This document shows, piece by piece, positions 8,171 through 15,301 of a DNA stretch of 26,112 bases; the stretch's first letter is position 1; each line of letters opens with the position of its first letter. A model generated the notes under the pieces. It had not been told where the DNA came from. It ran no database searches and saw only the letters and a list, made by a program, of their open reading frames with translations. The stretch comes from an uncultured archaeon (lineage in GTDB: Archaea; Iainarchaeota; Iainarchaeia; Iainarchaeales; CSSED10-239), in contig CAZQEL010000014.1 of assembly GCA_964591795.1 (NCBI GenBank), positions 1-26,112 on the forward strand, given 5' to 3'. The translations under genes were made by a program, and so were the position numbers.

Positions 8171-8192
8171 CTTCAATCACGTTTAAATTTTT

Positions 8193-8987
8193 TTATTTTA
8201 ATTCCTCTATTTTTTTAACCATTTCATTATATTTTTTAACAGAAATATCAATCATTGTAAAGATTTCTTTTTCAGAAAAAACACCACCTTTACTTTTTTG
8301 ACAAGAAACAATTTTATCTTTTGTAAGACCAATACTAAATCTTGCATCAGATGCAAATTCTTCATCTTCAGTAGGATCTATTATAATTTTATTTTCTATC
8401 TTTTCAAAAGTTATACTTAATGGAAGATTTAAAAGTTCAATTTTTTTATCACTATATTCATTTGAAATTATTTTAAAATTTTTATCAATCTTTGGAATTC
8501 GTGCATTTTTAATTGCAGCAAGTGCAGCAATTTCAGTTGCATCAATTAAATTACCATCGGCATTAATTGCAATACAATCAATAAACATTATTAAAACTTT
8601 TTCACCAGGAACTATTGAAAGTTTTTTAAAATCAATACATTCAGCAGATCTTATTGCTCTATCTGCAACTCTACCATATTCTACTGCTTCAATTTTTGGA
8701 GGACCTGTTGAAAAATCAGGTGAAGAAAGACCAGTTAATTCTAAATTAATACTCATACTACCTTCATTAGGTGAGTCTGGATATGGAGTTCCTACTATAA
8801 ACTTGATTCCAGCAACAATTTCTGTATTACCAAGTTTAACCCAAGCAGAACCATCAGCAGAATTAATTACAGAAGTTTTAATTTCTAAATTTCTAAATTC
8901 ATCAAAACCTCTACTGCCTTCTCTTTTACCATTTTTTATACTTTGTTTTATACTACTTGCATTTATTAAGTTTAAAACTTTACTCAT
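8193..8987 (-). CDS. rrp42: Exosome complex component Rrp42 (inactive RNase PH-like subunit)
   Basis: RNase PH fold pattern (REGSRGFDEFRNLEIK...ADGSAWVKLGNTEIVAGIK). Follows rrp41. GGTGAT at 8998..8993 with a 5-nt spacer supports the ATG at 8987 rather than 8999. Confidence 0.88.
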   Translation of the reverse strand: MSKVLNLINASSIKQSIKNGKREGSRGFDEFRNLEIKTSVINSADGSAWVKLGNTEIVAGIKFIVGTPYPDSPNEGSMSINLELTGLSSPDFSTGPPKIEAVEYGRVADRAIRSAECIDFKKLSIVPGEKVLIMFIDCIAINADGNLIDATEIAALAAIKNARIPKIDKNFKIISNEYSDKKIELLNLPLSITFEKIENKIIIDPTEDEEFASDARFSIGLTKDKIVSCQKSKGGVFSEKEIFTMIDISVKKYNEMVKKIEELK

Positions 8988-9684
8988 TAATATCACCATT
9001 TATAGGGTATTTTTCTAAAAGTGCTTTCTTTTGTAATTCAAAAACTTTTTCTGCACCCTTAAAGCCCATTGAAATTATTTTTTTCCAATCATCTTTATCT
9101 ACAAAACCATCCATTTGAAGAAGAGCAATTTGTTTTTGAGGCATTGAAATAGCCATAGCTGTATCCACTGCGTCAGGTGCATCTTCATCATCTTTAGTTA
9201 AATCCAATAAAAATTCACCATTTGCACGGCCAGAAGAAATTGCAGTTAAAAGACCAGTCATTGGAATTCCAGCATCAGCACAAGCTAATGAAGAAGCAAC
9301 TAATGCAGCAACTCTTGTTCCTGCATCTGCAGAAAGAATTAATGCATCAACATTAATAACTGTGTTTGGAAACTTTTCAGTCATTATAACTGACTCAAGT
9401 GCAAAACCTGAAACTAATGAAATTTCCTTATCTCTTTTTCCTGGAACAGGAGATTTTCTATCAGAAACTGAAAAAGGTGCCATTCTATATCTATAATCAA
9501 TAACAGCCTTTGTTGAATCTGCTAAGTGTTTTGGAAAAATTGGTCTTGGACCGTGAACTGTTGCAACAACAGTATTTTTTCCCCATTCTAAATGGCATGA
9601 ACCATTTGCTGTTTTTACTACGCCAAGTTTAATTTTAATTGGTCGTAATTCATCATTTTTTCTACCGTCTTTTCTTGTACTCAT
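8980..9684 (-). CDS. rrp41: Exosome complex exonuclease Rrp41 (RNase PH)
   Basis: RKDGRKNDELRPIKIKLG...ANGSCHLEWGKNTVVATVHGP...SADAGTRVA is the classical Rrp41 pattern. GTGAT lies upstream of the ATG. Confidence 0.93.
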   Translation of the reverse strand: MSTRKDGRKNDELRPIKIKLGVVKTANGSCHLEWGKNTVVATVHGPRPIFPKHLADSTKAVIDYRYRMAPFSVSDRKSPVPGKRDKEISLVSGFALESVIMTEKFPNTVINVDALILSADAGTRVAALVASSLACADAGIPMTGLLTAISSGRANGEFLLDLTKDDEDAPDAVDTAMAISMPQKQIALLQMDGFVDKDDWKKIISMGFKGAEKVFELQKKALLEKYPINGDINE

Positions 9685-9695
9685 AATTTATCACT

Positions 9696-10313
9696 TTAAT
9701 TTTTATTTTTTTCTAAAAAATCCTTAACACTATTTGTGAGGTTTGATTTTTGAGAGTTATTTACAACTAATAAAAATGCTCTTTTTGCTAAATCTGCATT
9801 ATCACAAGTATACCAAATCCAACCATTTTTTCCAATTAATATATTTCCTTTTAGATTTTCTTTAAAAAGATTTAACATGGATTCATTTTTACCTATAAGT
9901 CTTGGTATTTTTACTGGAGAAGTTTCAAAAACTCTTCCTTTTGGTAAAATATTTATATTATCAAACTCTAATGAACCATTATCTGCAATATTTTTTATTC
10001 TTAAAAAAATAACAGTACCAATTGAAAGTGGTTTACTTATTGATGATTTTGTTAAAAAACAATCATCAAAAGAATTGTACTCTAAGATATATCCGTTTAA
10101 TACTTCATTCTTAACAACAACAACAATACCATCACCAACTACAGGGGTATATGCCCCATTTAAAGAAATTACTGAAACAAAATCATTTGTTTCAGATAAA
10201 ATACCTGTAGCTGTACTATAAATATTATCATTTTTAAGATAAACATTTAAACCTAATTTTTTTGCCTGATTTGTAATGATCTCTCCAGGCACAACAATTT
10301 TTTTTTCATTCAT
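9696..10313 (-). CDS. rrp4: Exosome complex RNA-binding subunit Rrp4 (S1 + KH)
   Basis: N-terminal VVPGE...; S1-like core (GDGIVVVVKNE...Y.L); KH-like end with GKNGWIWY (compare NGRIWI). At 205 aa it is short for the family. The position fits the superoperon. Confidence 0.85.
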   Translation of the reverse strand: MNEKKIVVPGEIITNQAKKLGLNVYLKNDNIYSTATGILSETNDFVSVISLNGAYTPVVGDGIVVVVKNEVLNGYILEYNSFDDCFLTKSSISKPLSIGTVIFLRIKNIADNGSLEFDNINILPKGRVFETSPVKIPRLIGKNESMLNLFKENLKGNILIGKNGWIWYTCDNADLAKRAFLLVVNNSQKSNLTNSVKDFLEKNKN

Positions 10314-10330
10314 ATTTATTCACATTTTTT

Positions 10331-11056
10331 TTAATTTTCTTCTTCAACTCTAATTACTAAATTACCATGAGTTACAGTATTTAAATCAGAAACAAGTTGT
10401 TGTTTAACACCAGCAGGAACCTTTAAACTTACAACTAATGCTCCACTTGGAAGCCATTTTTGATCTGCAACTTCATATTTGTAAACTACTGAAGAAACTT
10501 TCCCTGCAAAATTTGCAGGAATTTCTGCTATTACAATTATTTTTTCAAAAGAAATTGGCATTATTCTTTTTAGTTTATCTACAATTTCTTCTATTTCTTT
10601 TTCTTTTTGTTTATTTAAATTAACTTTTATTTTTAATTCTTCAAAAGCATTTAATATTCTTTGCTCTGGAATTGGTGTTTTGTTTTTAGGATCATGAGCA
10701 TTTTGAGTAATATAATTAATTACTTCTTTTTCTCTTTTTTCATGTAACATTTGTCTTTGTGCTGTTGTTAATTGAACATCACCATCTCGTACAATTTTTT
10801 CAGCAATTTTATAAATATTATCTGTATCAAAAACTTCTAATAAAACTTCTTTTGATGCAATATTTGCCTTTTGAACATCTGAATAAACCTCTTCAAATGC
10901 AACAACTTGCTCAATAGTAACATTCTTATAATTATGTCTAAAATCCCAGGCAATAAAAGGATAAACTAATACTTCAAAAGTATGTTCTCCTTTTTTTATT
11001 CTTGCAACAACAGTATTTTCTAAATTACCCTTATTTTTTTCGCCCTTGTAAAACAT
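10331..11056 (-). CDS. sdo1: SBDS-family ribosome maturation protein
   Basis: VVARIKKGEHTFEVLV...AFEEVYSDVQKA.....L..VFDTD at the N-terminus, a three-domain length of 241 aa, AGGTGA SD, and the conserved position between psmA and rrp4. Confidence 0.88.
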   Translation of the reverse strand: MFYKGEKNKGNLENTVVARIKKGEHTFEVLVYPFIAWDFRHNYKNVTIEQVVAFEEVYSDVQKANIASKEVLLEVFDTDNIYKIAEKIVRDGDVQLTTAQRQMLHEKREKEVINYITQNAHDPKNKTPIPEQRILNAFEELKIKVNLNKQKEKEIEEIVDKLKRIMPISFEKIIVIAEIPANFAGKVSSVVYKYEVADQKWLPSGALVVSLKVPAGVKQQLVSDLNTVTHGNLVIRVEEEN

Positions 11057-11067
11057 AATTTATTCAC

Positions 11068-11463
11068 CTAATTAATATATTTTATTTTTTTAAAAGCAAC
11101 TTTTAAAATATCAAAAACTTCTTTTCCTTCACGTCTATTAATTGCTTTTGTTAACTCTTTTGTAAATTCAAAATATTTTGAATTATGCATCTTACCACCA
11201 GATAACATTTTATTATATATCTCTCTAATAAAATGAGATGCATCAGATTGTTCTTTTTTAGATAACATTTTTGTTTTTTCTACAATTCTTACTTGTAAAA
11301 TTAAACTGTTTGCTAAAAATTTTTGTTCAAAAACATATTTTTTTAAAGCATCAGGACTATATTTTTTTGCTTTCACTAATTCTTTGTAAACTCTAATATC
11401 ACTAGTTTTTTTTACATCTTTTAAAAGTTTATTTTTTACAAGTGATTTTTTTGGAATAGTCAT
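11068..11463 (-). CDS. Hypothetical basic, probably helical protein inserted in the exosome superoperon
   Basis: 131 aa with no Cys. ATG preceded by a GTGAT box. Gaps are 25 nt after psmA and 11 nt before SBDS, so it is almost certainly expressed with the operon. I cannot assign a family with confidence. Confidence 0.6.
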   Translation of the reverse strand: MTIPKKSLVKNKLLKDVKKTSDIRVYKELVKAKKYSPDALKKYVFEQKFLANSLILQVRIVEKTKMLSKKEQSDASHFIREIYNKMLSGGKMHNSKYFEFTKELTKAINRREGKEVFDILKVAFKKIKYIN

Positions 11464-11488
11464 AAATTCATCACTATTTAAATTGTAC

Positions 11489-12217
11489 TTATATTAATTT
11501 AGAATATTTTTCAAAAGGAACAATAGCATCATTCTTTTCAGTAATATTTATTACTTCTAAATTATTTCCATCAAGTTTTTGTTTAGCTTCTAAATTTAAT
11601 GAAATTGTTTTAATTGCAAGTTTTAAAGCATCTTCAAAAGACATATTCTCTTTATAACTTTTTTCTAAATGTGCCATTAATTTAGGTTTGTTTTGACCAA
11701 TTGAAACTGCTTTATAGGCAGTTGTAGCGCCACTAGGTTCAATTTCATAAATATGTTTACCTAAAGTATCTATTCCAGCAACAATTAATGAAACACCAAA
11801 CGGTCTTGCTCCACCATACTGTGTAAAATATTGTACAACTCCACCAATTTTTTTAACTAAAATATCTATTTCTATTGGATCATCATAATAGGCTTTATTT
11901 TCTTGTGCCATTTGTCGTGCATAATCTACAAGACGTCTACCATCACCAATAAGTCCTGAACATGAAACCCAAACATGTTTATCTATTTTAAACACTTTTT
12001 CAACAGACTCTGGAACTACTAATGGAGAAAATATTTTTTTATCAGCAACAAGAACAATACCATCTTTATAAACAATTGCTACCGCAGGACTTCCTTTTTC
12101 AATTATCTTTGACGCGTAATCTACTTGGTATAAATGTCCTTCTGGACTGAAAACTGTTATTGACCTATCATATGCTTGAGCCACAGAGTTGTTATTAGAA
12201 ATTGGAAACACAATCAT
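11489..12217 (-). CDS. psmA: Proteasome subunit alpha
   Basis: AYDRSITVFSPEGHLYQVDYA is the hallmark alpha-subunit N-terminal motif. Full-length similarity at 242 aa. Confidence 0.95.
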   Translation of the reverse strand: MIVFPISNNNSVAQAYDRSITVFSPEGHLYQVDYASKIIEKGSPAVAIVYKDGIVLVADKKIFSPLVVPESVEKVFKIDKHVWVSCSGLIGDGRRLVDYARQMAQENKAYYDDPIEIDILVKKIGGVVQYFTQYGGARPFGVSLIVAGIDTLGKHIYEIEPSGATTAYKAVSIGQNKPKLMAHLEKSYKENMSFEDALKLAIKTISLNLEAKQKLDGNNLEVINITEKNDAIVPFEKYSKLI

Positions 12218-12411
12218 TCACCTTTTTTATTTTTTATAAATATAATTTTTTTAAAAACAGTTTTAAAAAATATAAATTTTAAAACAAACTCATAACAAAC
12301 TACTATTTTTAATAAAAGAATAGTAAGTTTTCTCCTTTTCTTTCTTCTTTATTTAATATATATATTATAGCAACAGATATAAAAACATTATGATTAACTA
12401 AAAATAACTAG

Positions 12412-12765
12412 TTATTTTAAAGATTTAAGAGTTGAAGCTTCTTTTAAAATAGATATAAGTCCAAAATCATCTTTTAAAAAGAATAAAGAAGATAAAAATA
12501 AACTTCTATAATTATTATTAATCCTAATTACTACTGTTTTATTTTCAAAATTAAAATCCATAACTGTTAAATTACATTCAATTAATGAAAATAAACCATG
12601 TATTTTTTCAAAATTTTTTAAAAATAAAGAATATATTTTTGTGTTTAAACTAAGTTCTTTTGTAAAGGTAAGTAAAAAATATCTTTTTCTATGCCTTAAA
12701 GTTGGCCTTATAACATTTAATTTTTTTTTAATCTTACTCATATTTATCAATAATCTAAATTTCAT
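12412..12765 (-). CDS. rnp2: RNase P protein component 2 (Pop5/Rpp14)
   Basis: IRPTLRHRKRYFLLTF matches the Pop5 N-terminal motif (LPPTLR.K.RYI.FE). Size and position next to psmA and Rpp30 fit. The start is either the ATG at 12765 (ATGA overlap with the upstream gene) or the ATG at 12741 (MSKIKKK). Confidence 0.75.
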   Translation of the reverse strand: MKFRLLINMSKIKKKLNVIRPTLRHRKRYFLLTFTKELSLNTKIYSLFLKNFEKIHGLFSLIECNLTVMDFNFENKTVVIRINNNYRSLFLSSLFFLKDDFGLISILKEASTLKSLK

Positions 12766-13385
12766 TCATTTTTTAATATATCTTTATCTAAAACTCTATT
12801 AATTAAAGATTCTTCAAAAATATAATTTTTAAGCATACAAAATAAAATATCTCTTGGAACCAAATCAGTTGTTGTTTTTGCAAAACTTGCAAAAATCATA
12901 TCCACTTTATGTTCTTTTAAAATATTTGTAATAAATAAAGTTTGTTTAATTGATTGATTTCTAAAATGGTTACACCTTAATAAATTAAAATTAAAAACAA
13001 CTTTTATTTTATTATGAAGACAAGACCTTGCATTTTGTTCATCAAAACTAAGTTTGTCAGAAATTGGATCTTTTAAAAAGTTTATTTTTTTATTTGTAGA
13101 TATATAAGTATTATTTTTTAAAGATTTAGATTCAACTAAAATTAGATCATTTCCTTTGTATAAGTGATAAATAGTAGGGTCCTTTAAAAGAAAAGCACGC
13201 TTGTAAATTACATTTTTTGAAGGCGAAGAAGGAACAATGAATTCATCATTAAAATCTTTTTTGGATTTAATCTCTCTTAATACATAAACAACATTTATTT
13301 TAAAAGAATTAAATATATCTGTAATTACATCAATAGGATAATTCTCAATTAAATTATCCATTACAAAATCAAAACTTTTTTTCAT
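12762..13385 (-). CDS. rnp3: Probable RNase P protein component 3 (Rpp30), highly diverged
   Basis: The call rests mainly on conserved synteny (Rpp30-Pop5-PsmA in archaeal superoperons) and on size (207 aa). I cannot pick out residue-level motifs by eye. Confidence 0.5.
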   Translation of the reverse strand: MKKSFDFVMDNLIENYPIDVITDIFNSFKINVVYVLREIKSKKDFNDEFIVPSSPSKNVIYKRAFLLKDPTIYHLYKGNDLILVESKSLKNNTYISTNKKINFLKDPISDKLSFDEQNARSCLHNKIKVVFNFNLLRCNHFRNQSIKQTLFITNILKEHKVDMIFASFAKTTTDLVPRDILFCMLKNYIFEESLINRVLDKDILKNE

Positions 13386-13389
13386 AGAA

Positions 13390-15123
13390 TCACATTTTAA
13401 TAGGTATATTTATACCTAAAAGGTCTAATGCATTTTCAAGAGTAATTAAAAAAGCCTTAATTAAAAGAAGTCTTGAAGTTTTAGTATTTTCATCCTCTAC
13501 TAAAACAGGGCAATTAGTATAAAATTTATTAAAAGTATGTGCAAGTTCTAAAACATAATTTGCAATAATATGGGATTTATATCCATTATAAGCCAAAACA
13601 ACTTTATCCTTAAATTCATTTATTTTAGAGCATAGCAAAACTTCATCTTTTTCAATAACATACTTTGGATCAAACAACTCTAAATCAATATCTTTAAATT
13701 TAGATTTGTTTAAAATACTTTTTGCTCTAACTCCACTATATTGAACATATAAAGATGAATCTCCTTGAAAATCAAGAGCTGAAATAATATCAAAAATTAC
13801 ATTTTTATTAAGATTAGTTTTAAGCATTTCAAATTTTATCACACCAAAAGATATATCATTTACAATAGTATCATCAACATCTAAACCATTTTCAATTAAT
13901 TTAGCCTTAACACTTGAAAATAATTTATCTCTAAAATCCTCATACAAAAAACTTTCACCTGCTCTTGATTTCATTTTACCATCAAGAGTATTTACAAGTC
14001 CATGACTTATATGAAAATGATTTGTGTCAGGATAAATAAATTTATATAATGCAAATAATTGTTTAAAATAAAAATCTTGTTCAGAAGCAGTTACATACAA
14101 AAAATGTTTTGCTAATGGATATATTTCTTTTTTAAGTAAAACTAAACCAATATCTTTTGCACCATATAAAGGTGCACCATTTTGTTTAATTAAGATAAAA
14201 TTACCTAAAATTTTATCTTTTAAATCAGCAACAATAGCACCATCACTTTCAATAAATAAATCTTTATTATCAGAAAACAATTTTTCTTTAATAGATAAAA
14301 ATTTATCTTCAGAAGCAGATTCAAAAAAACTATTATCAATATAAACATTAAGCTCCTTACCAATCTGCATATAGGCATCATGACTTTTCATTGCAAGAAG
14401 TTTAATTTCTTCTTGAAGAGAAACTGAATTCATAATTTTTACTTGAATATCATCAATTTCTTGTTTATAAACATCAGGATTTGTTTCTACTAACTGTCCT
14501 GCTTTAATATAAATATTACCAAACCATTTAGAAACATCTTTTTCAGGAATTATTTTTTCTTTATCTGATAACTTAAGATAATACCAATACCATTTTGCAA
14601 TATGTGTACCTATATCCCCACCATATGATGCTGGTTTTGGATCGGCACCTACAAATTTTAAAATATTAGATACAAAATCACCAGTAACTATATTTCTTAA
14701 ATGACCTATATGAAGCATCTTTAAGGGATTTGCATTAAAAGTATCTATAACATATTGATTATTATCAAGATTTGACTTTCCATAATTTTTATTTTCTTTA
14801 ATTACAGTAGAAATGGTTTCTTTAATTAAATACTTTTCATTAATTTTTGCATTAATATATCCATTAACCTCAGAAAATTCAAATAAATCTGATTTAGGTA
14901 ACTTTAAAATAAGTTCTTTTGCAAGCACCTGTGGTGCTTTTTTATAGGTTTTAGCTAATTGAAAGGTTGGAAAAGATAAGTCACCTAACTCTTTTAAAGG
15001 TGGGACTAAAACTAATGCATTAATTTCATCAATAGTGTTATTATTATTATTATTATTAATACCACTTATAGAATTGTTCAATATTGAAAAAATTAATTTA
15101 GAAAATTCTTTTTTATAATCCAT
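13390..15123 (-). CDS. argS: Arginine--tRNA ligase
   Basis: Class I HIGH motif in NANPLKMLHIGHLRN, MSK-type loop GKMKSRAG, a DALR-like anticodon-binding C-terminus and the characteristic terminal Met. Confidence 0.95.
   Translation of the reverse strand: MDYKKEFSKLIFSILNNSISGINNNNNNNTIDEINALVLVPPLKELGDLSFPTFQLAKTYKKAPQVLAKELILKLPKSDLFEFSEVNGYINAKINEKYLIKETISTVIKENKNYGKSNLDNNQYVIDTFNANPLKMLHIGHLRNIVTGDFVSNILKFVGADPKPASYGGDIGTHIAKWYWYYLKLSDKEKIIPEKDVSKWFGNIYIKAGQLVETNPDVYKQEIDDIQVKIMNSVSLQEEIKLLAMKSHDAYMQIGKELNVYIDNSFFESASEDKFLSIKEKLFSDNKDLFIESDGAIVADLKDKILGNFILIKQNGAPLYGAKDIGLVLLKKEIYPLAKHFLYVTASEQDFYFKQLFALYKFIYPDTNHFHISHGLVNTLDGKMKSRAGESFLYEDFRDKLFSSVKAKLIENGLDVDDTIVNDISFGVIKFEMLKTNLNKNVIFDIISALDFQGDSSLYVQYSGVRAKSILNKSKFKDIDLELFDPKYVIEKDEVLLCSKINEFKDKVVLAYNGYKSHIIANYVLELAHTFNKFYTNCPVLVEDENTKTSRLLLIKAFLITLENALDLLGINIPIKM
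15037..15057 (-). repeat. In-frame (AAT)n microsatellite encoding Asn7 in ArgRS
   Basis: The plus strand reads gtt(att)6. It translates to NNNNNNN at residues 23-29. Confidence 0.9.
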
Positions 15124-15149
15124 TTTTTAAAACCCACATTAAAAATAAG

Positions 15150-15222
15150 CGATTCCGGTGGGATTCGAACCCACGACCCACAGCTTAGAAGGCTGTTGCC
15201 CTATCCACTAGGCCACGGAACC
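15150..15222 (-). tRNA. tRNA-Arg (anticodon UCU)
   Basis: Hand-folded cloverleaf. Acceptor GGUUCCG/CGGAAUC with one G-U pair, D stem GCCU/GGGC, anticodon stem ACAGC/GCUGU with loop CUUCUAA, T arm GUGGG-UUCGAAU-CCCAC. No CCA and no intron. It ends 26 nt upstream of the argS ATG on the same strand. Confidence 0.9.
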
Positions 15223-15251
15223 TAAAATATATATATTTATGAGTAATTAAA

Positions 15252-15259
15252 TATTTAAA
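15252..15259 (-). promoter_or_regulatory. Candidate TATA box for tRNA-Arg(UCU)/argS
   Basis: The minus strand reads TTTAAATA (consensus TTTAWATA), centred ~33 nt upstream of the mature tRNA 5' end. AT-rich background makes chance matches common. Confidence 0.35.
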
Positions 15260-15301
15260 TGAAAGCTATTTTTAAAAAAACAAAAAAGTAAGAAAATTAA
15301 A

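Noticed and set aside
8803-9018. 71-aa plus-strand ORF
   Set aside because: Antisense to rrp42/rrp41, which have strong family signatures. It is a shadow ORF.
9877-10221. 114-aa plus-strand ORF
   Set aside because: Entirely antisense within rrp4. No SD and no recognisable motif.
10438-10623. 61-aa plus-strand ORF
   Set aside because: Antisense within the SBDS gene. Its Leu/Phe-rich translation comes from complementing Lys/Glu codons.
12218-12411. The 194-bp gap between rnp2 and psmA as a possible small RNA or C/D-box sRNA locus
   Set aside because: No C (RUGAUGA) / D (CUGA) box pair, no GC-rich stem and no ORF longer than ~7 codons. It is more simply an internal promoter region for psmA.
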